Shown piece after piece: positions 59,801 to 64,000 of a stretch of DNA of 64,000 nucleotides (positions are counted from its first letter, which is position 1; each line of letters begins with the position of its first letter). Origin of the DNA: Minisyncoccota bacterium (GTDB lineage Bacteria > Patescibacteriota > Minisyncoccia > Moranbacterales > UBA2206); assembly GCA_031291955.1 (NCBI GenBank), contig JARLIA010000009.1:1772-65771 (forward strand), given 5' to 3'. Made by a program: the position numbers and the translations under genes. The notes below the pieces were generated by a model. It was not told the DNA's origin. It searched no databases and saw only the letters and a list, made by a program, of their open reading frames with translations.

Positions 59801-62186
59801 ATTTATTACTAGTAACACTGCTAGCCGTTGTTTGCAGCTGCAAAAGATTGCCGGTGCCAGTGCTGTTGATGAAGATGGCTGAATTGGCGCCGGAAACAGC
59901 ATCGGCTGTGCTGGGCGCTAATGACACTCCGCCACCGGCCCCGCCAGGAATGTTGACTGTGACCGCATTGCCAACTGCACTAGCTGTCACACCCACGCCG
60001 GTAAAATTAAAGGATGATACGGCGGCGGTCTGTTGCGTGCCTTCGTCTGACACGGCAATGTTGGCGCCAGAACCCTGCAAATCAGTTTGCCAAGACATTG
60101 TGTTGCCAGCCAAATTATATTTCAAAACATAGCCGTCATTGGTCGAACCGGCCAAGCGCATCGGTGCGCCACTCGCGCCCGCGACGATCAGATCGCCTTG
60201 CGCATTCATCGGGTTGGCCATGTAAGTGGAATTGTCATAAGACAAAGTCGTGCCGGTGGCTTTTACAAAGCCAGTACCATTGATGATGTTGATATCCGAC
60301 GAGCCATTGAAGGCCACGCCTTGGATATTGCGCGAGGTGGTCAAGGTGGCCGCGCTGCCATCAATGGAAGTGATGCCGGTCAGCGCCTGACTGGCCGAAG
60401 CCCGGTTGAGCACGATACTGGTCGTGCCGATATACAAACTGGAAGCGCCCAAAACACCGGTCGGAATTGTGCCGCTCAAATTGCCGGCGGTCAGACTGGT
60501 CAGCGAAGCTCCGCTACCATTGGTCGCGAGCAGCGCCGAGGTACCACCCGGAAAAGTGTAAGTCGCAGCCGCGGTCGCCGAGAAAGTATAGCCGGCGTAA
60601 CCCGGCGCGGTGTTTACACCACCCGACACCATTGGTTGGCCGGCAGCGACGTCAGCCAAACGCGAAATCACTGCCGGAGTGGCCGTCGAACTGGCATACA
60701 TCAAGTCTCCGATATTGGTCAGCGGATTGGTCGCGATGTAACCGGCCGTCGGCAAGGTGACGGAAGTCGCACCGGTCGTCGTAAAAAACAAAGTATTAGC
60801 CGCTGTGCTCAATGGAACTAAACCGGAATTGTCTTGCAATGTCCAAGTTCGCGCCGCTGTCAGGTCGCTATTAGTGAAAATACCTGCATATCTGGTGGAA
60901 CCGACAGCAGCGATGGAAAATCCCAAGGTGTCATGGGTCGCAGTGGCATCGGCAAAAGTCTGAGCGGCTGTCCAGCTTTGCACGGCATTCAAGGCTGCCA
61001 AAGTTCCCGTGGCCGATGGAAAAGTGTAGGTCTGGGCAGCAGTCGCAGAAAAAGTATAGCCGGCATAGCCCGGCGCAGTCGTCACGCCACCGGAAAGAAA
61101 AGGTTGTCCGGCCGCCACATCGGCTAATTTAGTCGGCGCACCAGCCGTGCCGCCATAGATAATATCACCGACGGCATTCATCGGATTGGCCATATAGGCG
61201 GTCGTATCCCAAGTCAATGTGCCGGCCGTATTTTTCAAAAGTCCGGTCACGGAAGTGGTCGGCCAGGTGTAAGTCAGATCACCTGATTGAGCACCGGCTT
61301 GGAAAATCGTATTATATGAACCATTGCGGATGCCCAAAGTTCCAGTGACGGTCAATGTTTGGCCAGGATTGTTATTCCCGATCCCAATCTCATTATCCAG
61401 TGCGTCGATAGACAATGTATTACTGTCAATATTCAAAGCATTAACCACACTCGGCATTGCCCAAGTCGAAGCGGCGCCAGCAGAAAGGTTTAAAGCTCCG
61501 ACCGAAGTCAGAGCTAAAATGCCGGAAGAAGCAGTGGAAATAGTCAGATTGCCGCCCGTATTGGTCCAGGCGGACACGCCCCCGGAAGCCAGCGTGGCTG
61601 TACCGGTAGAATTGCCGAGCGCCACGGTTGAACCGGCCGTCGTAGCTAGATTGGTTATGCCAGTAGAGCTGAGCGAGGTGAAGGCAGCAGTATTGGGCGT
61701 GCCCGAGCCGATCGTCCCGGGCGCTTCCCAAGTTTTGGTTTCCAAAGTGTTGGCGTTGTCAGCATTGATGGCATACGGCGCGGCGGTGAATTGCACCAGC
61801 GGCGACATCTGGCCATTGTTGTTGAAATTGATGCCCAGATACAATTGATCGACATTTAAAGTGACCGTGCTCGGCAAAGCGGTCGCGTCACCCAAGTTAG
61901 TCTGGAAAATACTGGCAGTGGTGGTTAAGCTTTTAGACTCTTTCCAAATAGCATCGCCCAAAGAACCAGACGTACATGGAGTAGATGGAGAAGCGGTAGT
62001 ATAGATACAAAATAGGAAGGTATAACTCTGATCCGTCACATTGGTGCCATCAGTATTGACCACCTTGCCCTGGAAGTTGATCTGTTTGTTGATAGCCAGA
62101 GCATTTTTCGGCAAAAGAAAAAATCCCCCTATGAGAATAAGGCTGACAATAAGCATTCGAGATAATTTTAGGCTTCCTGGACCCAT
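53814..62186 (-). CDS. Giant surface/adhesin-like protein (~2790 aa) with tail-fibre-like repeats, Kelch-like propellers, FN3-like modules and a putative autocleaving chaperone domain
   Basis: Signal peptide, INFQGK, APYA, GDII/GDLM/GDLI repeats, DGxxLxxGG..IYDP blades, three ARx(I/V)YRT modules, ADLAENY..ALVGRVPV; start uncertain. Confidence 0.85.
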   Translation of the reverse strand: MGPGSLKLSRMLIVSLILIGGFFLLPKNALAINKQINFQGKVVNTDGTNVTDQSYTFLFCIYTTASPSTPCTSGSLGDAIWKESKSLTTTASIFQTNLGDATALPSTVTLNVDQLYLGINFNNNGQMSPLVQFTAAPYAINADNANTLETKTWEAPGTIGSGTPNTAAFTSLSSTGITNLATTAGSTVALGNSTGTATLASGGVSAWTNTGGNLTISTASSGILALTSVGALNLSAGAASTWAMPSVVNALNIDSNTLSIDALDNEIGIGNNNPGQTLTVTGTLGIRNGSYNTIFQAGAQSGDLTYTWPTTSVTGLLKNTAGTLTWDTTAYMANPMNAVGDIIYGGTAGAPTKLADVAAGQPFLSGGVTTAPGYAGYTFSATAAQTYTFPSATGTLAALNAVQSWTAAQTFADATATHDTLGFSIAAVGSTRYAGIFTNSDLTAARTWTLQDNSGLVPLSTAANTLFFTTTGATSVTLPTAGYIATNPLTNIGDLMYASSTATPAVISRLADVAAGQPMVSGGVNTAPGYAGYTFSATAAATYTFPGGTSALLATNGSGASLTSLTAGNLSGTIPTGVLGASSLYIGTTSIVLNRASASQALTGITSIDGSAATLTTSRNIQGVAFNGSSDINIINGTGFVKATGTTLSYDNSTYMANPMNAQGDLIVAGASGAPMRLAGSTNDGYVLKYNLAGNTMSWQTDLQGSGANIAVSDEGTQQTAAVSSFNFTGVGVTASAVGNAVTVNIPGGAGGGVSLAPSTADAVSGANSAIFINSTGTGNLLQLQTTASSVTSNKFIVANNGGVTVNGSDSSIVKESVADFALGTIGSSLNNDSDGLSLADTVSTGIPNGGKGTITTTAQPSTTAAITTGAFSITRADGKYLVLRGGTTGMDIYDAYAGTFTAAPFFLNNAIGAGALALPRPGGLYRVIHGGGATTSSLIDPMGATPVGPSMTVTAKGAGTIAVLRPNGRYLITNGAAAGTTQVYDPILDSVVTGPTATSTTWAAGAVVLYHNDGQALVVAGGSTSNTQLYDPSAGAITGASPVGAFTAGPLLDGNKAAGTCGINGAGSVAFRRQDGKFVILSKVNVWAVYDPTANTMTCNSSGGPATQIGDGGQAIPIQDGRFLIIVGGGSQNAYIYDPSNDSFTTYGATPLTAVNSGAHAIMRQDGSWQILVGGGSQATNNYNTGMPMSDSTTLYTSEDIFSSFINVNSTLWWSSQMEAVYASATNGTTNTAHSTLQFLVRTAHSSNGLQSGCATPLNNATEIEIKNSGDLVQDTAGENCIRVKVQYNRPLPKRLLDERGVWAGTGMVVTRYDEVTPRLYNFKIDNSAVLKRTNFDFSLPNASSPTDPTIPVAPTSAAPSGSGACTSGNHYWFVTFVTNGVESQLSPASVVRSCSGSNLEVLNPIPLGPAGTTARNIYRTAAAAAATDTPFLVGTQADNTTTTYTDSLIDTALGAAYGSATPSGPTMTKAETRVETVNGNMVLPYGRLLPTTQLGGTAGFYMGMYSNAHPQLTDAAGAGTVVIARDDKQFLVIEPNGNFADLYDPSTETFTNQTGAGNVPTTTNAAGVGTGAFALKLASGKFLVYLGSAATTAVCSTVGTATDIYDPTQASGSRFTNGPCLTAGGGVGAQAIQNNDGTYTIMHGNQTTATSIYNQVTNTMMVGPSTVTAISCGAWAIPMGLPFNNQYKVKVGANIGVASNGTTLNYDANAKVFSAGPAFTTNTTGCGSVVFQRPDGYWVATGGINNATALTTTNIIDPRTGQQAVGPALVNGTGRGTTVIPRADGTFLITAGNTTAGTVTLSNVYYPTGGPDTALNGVPMGTVAAAPAGPQMGPIPAPAAPTVGTVASGGAVDVGAHYYKVTEIMGGLESLPGTASAVATVASTGTQTVPLTAIPTGASPYANVTARRIYRTVAGAASTAVYYFVAQLDDNSTTTYSDVTADATIAANPTLPFAPAPASVSTIGSIGTGGAVDVGVHTYKYTFVTNGVESLPAAASATATTTSGNQTVNVTGVIAGPTGTTARNVYRTIASSTGLIGSYRLVGTVSGNSITTFADTYADATLGVPAPAAYTGQGDGSVTFQRPDGKWVLINGGSTPSNLVGVYDAGWYADGQYLSEMMQVPALSPNSTLEWQKTSDSYVRFEARVASSPAALGAASFNGVDNPGGSLNNAGTETWAQVEINFRRDFPTFCGAQNGVYNSGAGMEFCNRTISLPTVMQYQITNGQDLLSLQTDSYNVLRVTSNGGIYSSQQGGFYAGGADLAENYTSADDLQKGEVVSVDSTDVHNVKRSSMAYQKDVLGIVSTAPGFVAGSYTDGSYPIALVGRVPVNVSSENGLIKAGDRITAASIPGYAMRATVAGRVLGTAMESMNLDNMTDCPAGGNGGTDAKCGQITVFVNLADYQGMSVDSLMAEVTDNSLDVDDSAVAAATDPNSPFAEYTSQGKVLDFLENLKNNQANYSAADILAGNINAVGQMVSPLIVTDTLVAKNIKAENIEGLQFIQTGIQSAQDGVASNTTEVNNLGQQITSLQASLKTLTDKSAGLDASTIEDFTTSGGLTVGGLAQFNGPAMFKAVAEFVDKVVFHNNVSFEGQVTFNQDAAGYAIVKEGTDNVVVEFSQEYSDAPIVNANVSLQQIKDDDIRHATENLLLTSDANFIITNVTTKGFEIRINQKAIYDIPFSWTAIAVKDVKTFDASDNTDTPVSADGSQVVPTGTNTNTNPTATEPTVPGATATSSTTAASDLVNTATENTDTAARDTGGSQSVLSSTGITTTNTNATTNTAANVSATTTP

Positions 62187-62322
62187 AATTCTCTTTAAAA
62201 AATAGACAAACAAAAAAGCGGGCAATCACCCGCTTCATTCCGAAGCTTTACTTGGTTCTATTATACACTATATCGAGGAAAAAAGCAAGAGTAGAAATGG
62301 CTTATTTGAAGTTCAAAAAAGA

Positions 62323-63042
62323 TCATTTCAGCCAGGTCAAACTTTTAGCGATACCATCCGCCTCCCGACTGAGCGTTTCGTCCAGTGACCCGGGAGCCGT
62401 CATGACCAAAGTGGCTACTACGTCTTTATGTAGGATAAAAAAGGTCTTTTCGAAGGAACCATTGTCCGCCGGCACGAAAGAGACGCCGCTCACACTACCC
62501 AGCGAGAAATTTTCTTTTTTGTAACGCGCCGGCGTATTTTGGCGCAGTGAATAGTCGGGATCATCGGTCAAGTTTTGGCTCGGCAGACTCCGGATGGTCA
62601 GGTTTATCTTCTTGGAAAAATTGGAAGACTCGGTCAGATAGGCGCGCTCCAAGATGACATCTGAACTGTCGCGGGACAGATCGTCTGATTTCAAAACATA
62701 TTTGTTACCACACATGAAAGACACGTATGTCCCGGTGAAGGTGGCCGGCACATCCGAAACTGTGGTAGCAACTTCCGCGTCCGGCAAAGAAGCATTAATC
62801 ACGCCCTCCGCCGGCTTCTGGGCGAAACGATAAACCGCTACAGCCGCGCCGATTATCAAGATGAAAAAAACCAAACCGGCACAACAACCCCAGCGGTTTT
62901 TTTTGACTGCGGGAAGATTTTCTTGCTTTGTCACTTGAGATTCAGCAGTTGGAGGTTCGACCTCCTCAATGGAGGTCGAACCTCCATGCAGCACCACCTT
63001 TTCTGTTTCAATATTCTTATTTTTCTTCTTAAAAAGATTCAT
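62323..63042 (-). CDS. Hypothetical membrane-anchored protein
   Basis: One TM followed by a soluble domain. Confidence 0.7.
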   Translation of the reverse strand: MNLFKKKNKNIETEKVVLHGGSTSIEEVEPPTAESQVTKQENLPAVKKNRWGCCAGLVFFILIIGAAVAVYRFAQKPAEGVINASLPDAEVATTVSDVPATFTGTYVSFMCGNKYVLKSDDLSRDSSDVILERAYLTESSNFSKKINLTIRSLPSQNLTDDPDYSLRQNTPARYKKENFSLGSVSGVSFVPADNGSFEKTFFILHKDVVATLVMTAPGSLDETLSREADGIAKSLTWLK

Positions 63043-63045
63043 TTT

Positions 63046-63987
63046 TTATTTTTGCTTTATTTTTTTCTTCTTATGTATGACATGAACTGCAACCATCAGA
63101 CCGATCACCAGAACCACCAGCCCGACAAAGTTCAATGGCACGAAAAAGAAGATGGTTTTTCGGGTAGTAAAATTATCTTGGCCGTCATAGCGGTAATCAA
63201 TGGCCATGGTATAGCGCCCTGGCAGATAAGCGAAAGAGATCGGCATGAATTTGCTCGGGAAAAGCCGGAAAGTTTCCGGCAAAATTATCCCCGATTCGCT
63301 ATTAATGATGCTTTTAGCCACCATCCGCCCGGTCGGATCGAAAATTTCCACCGTACCGCGCGGCACGACATGGACATTGCCCGTATTCTGGAAGCGCAAC
63401 CTTATCTGATCGGGCAACGTAAAAATGTTTTTACTCGCTTCGAAACTGTCCAGATTGAGACCATATGTTTCTCCGCCGGTCTTCCTGACGAAGAGCAGGG
63501 AGGCTAGTGACGGATCAAAGGCGATCGAATCACTCTGGCTGTCTGCCGTATTTCCGCCATTATCATCAATCTTGAAGAAGACGGCGCCATAATGGCCGCC
63601 GGGTGACAAAGATTCCCTATTTTCGATCGTCCCATCGACCTGGCGCTCTTCGCCCGGCGCCAGCACTAGTGTATCATTAGACAGATTGACCCAGGAAGCT
63701 AAGCCGTATTTCAAATTGTCCGACGCGCCGAGAAAAGCGACTCCGCCGGATTCGTCCAAGGTGCCGAAATCCAAGACGGAAACGCGAAAAACCGCCGGAG
63801 CAGCAGTAGTGTTTTTCACATTGATGGTGAACGGCGCGCTAGCTTGATCTTTTTTCAGATCGATACTTTGATAGAAGGGGGTAATAGAAAAACCCGACGG
63901 CGCAGCTTGGGCGCGGGCGGGTTTATCTGATGCAGCGAATGTTAAAAGCAAAAATAAAACGCAAAAATAAAACTTTGTATTTTTCAC
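63046..63987 (-). CDS. WxL-interacting/DUF916-like surface protein
   Basis: Signal peptide, ITP, PGGHYGAV, NTGNVH, PGRY, C-terminal TM plus basic tail. Confidence 0.65.
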   Translation of the reverse strand: MKNTKFYFCVLFLLLTFAASDKPARAQAAPSGFSITPFYQSIDLKKDQASAPFTINVKNTTAAPAVFRVSVLDFGTLDESGGVAFLGASDNLKYGLASWVNLSNDTLVLAPGEERQVDGTIENRESLSPGGHYGAVFFKIDDNGGNTADSQSDSIAFDPSLASLLFVRKTGGETYGLNLDSFEASKNIFTLPDQIRLRFQNTGNVHVVPRGTVEIFDPTGRMVAKSIINSESGIILPETFRLFPSKFMPISFAYLPGRYTMAIDYRYDGQDNFTTRKTIFFFVPLNFVGLVVLVIGLMVAVHVIHKKKKIKQK

Positions 63988-64000
63988 CCCACACTAACTT

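Noticed and set aside
53814-62186. Prophage tail gene
   Set aside because: Has a signal peptide, and no capsid, terminase or integrase genes are nearby.

Overview
Gene-dense bacterial chromosome segment. Gene style (AT-rich leaders, many secreted Ser/Thr-rich proteins, a giant surface protein, a WxL-partner-like protein) suggests Patescibacteria/CPR, probably Parcubacteria; this assignment is inference. Contents: a partial TMTC-like/GT2 glycosylation cluster, msrB/msrA, an ECF sigma/anti-sigma with a MacAB-type operon, two P1B ATPases with a CsoR copper operon, rpoD-dnaG, secreted Cys-rich proteins, tRNA-Ser, ppsA/pyk, htpX/lemA, murE with a FemABX-family gene, ruvA, rpsT, holA, mutM and a ~2800-aa adhesin-like protein. 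Three features stand out, and none appears in the ORF track. (1) A 'Russian-doll' tRNA locus: a complete tRNA-Gly(CCC) sits in a palindromic insert that splits the anticodon of a second tRNA-Gly, near the FemABX-family gene. (2) Two tandem leaderless leader-peptide attenuator candidates (Phe-rich and Asn-rich) precede orphan small-protein operons. (3) Palindromic and short-period repeat elements are inserted in frame in housekeeping proteins (MsrB, FemX-like, DnaG, MutM, Pyk, S20). All calls come from reading the sequence by eye; no database searches were run.
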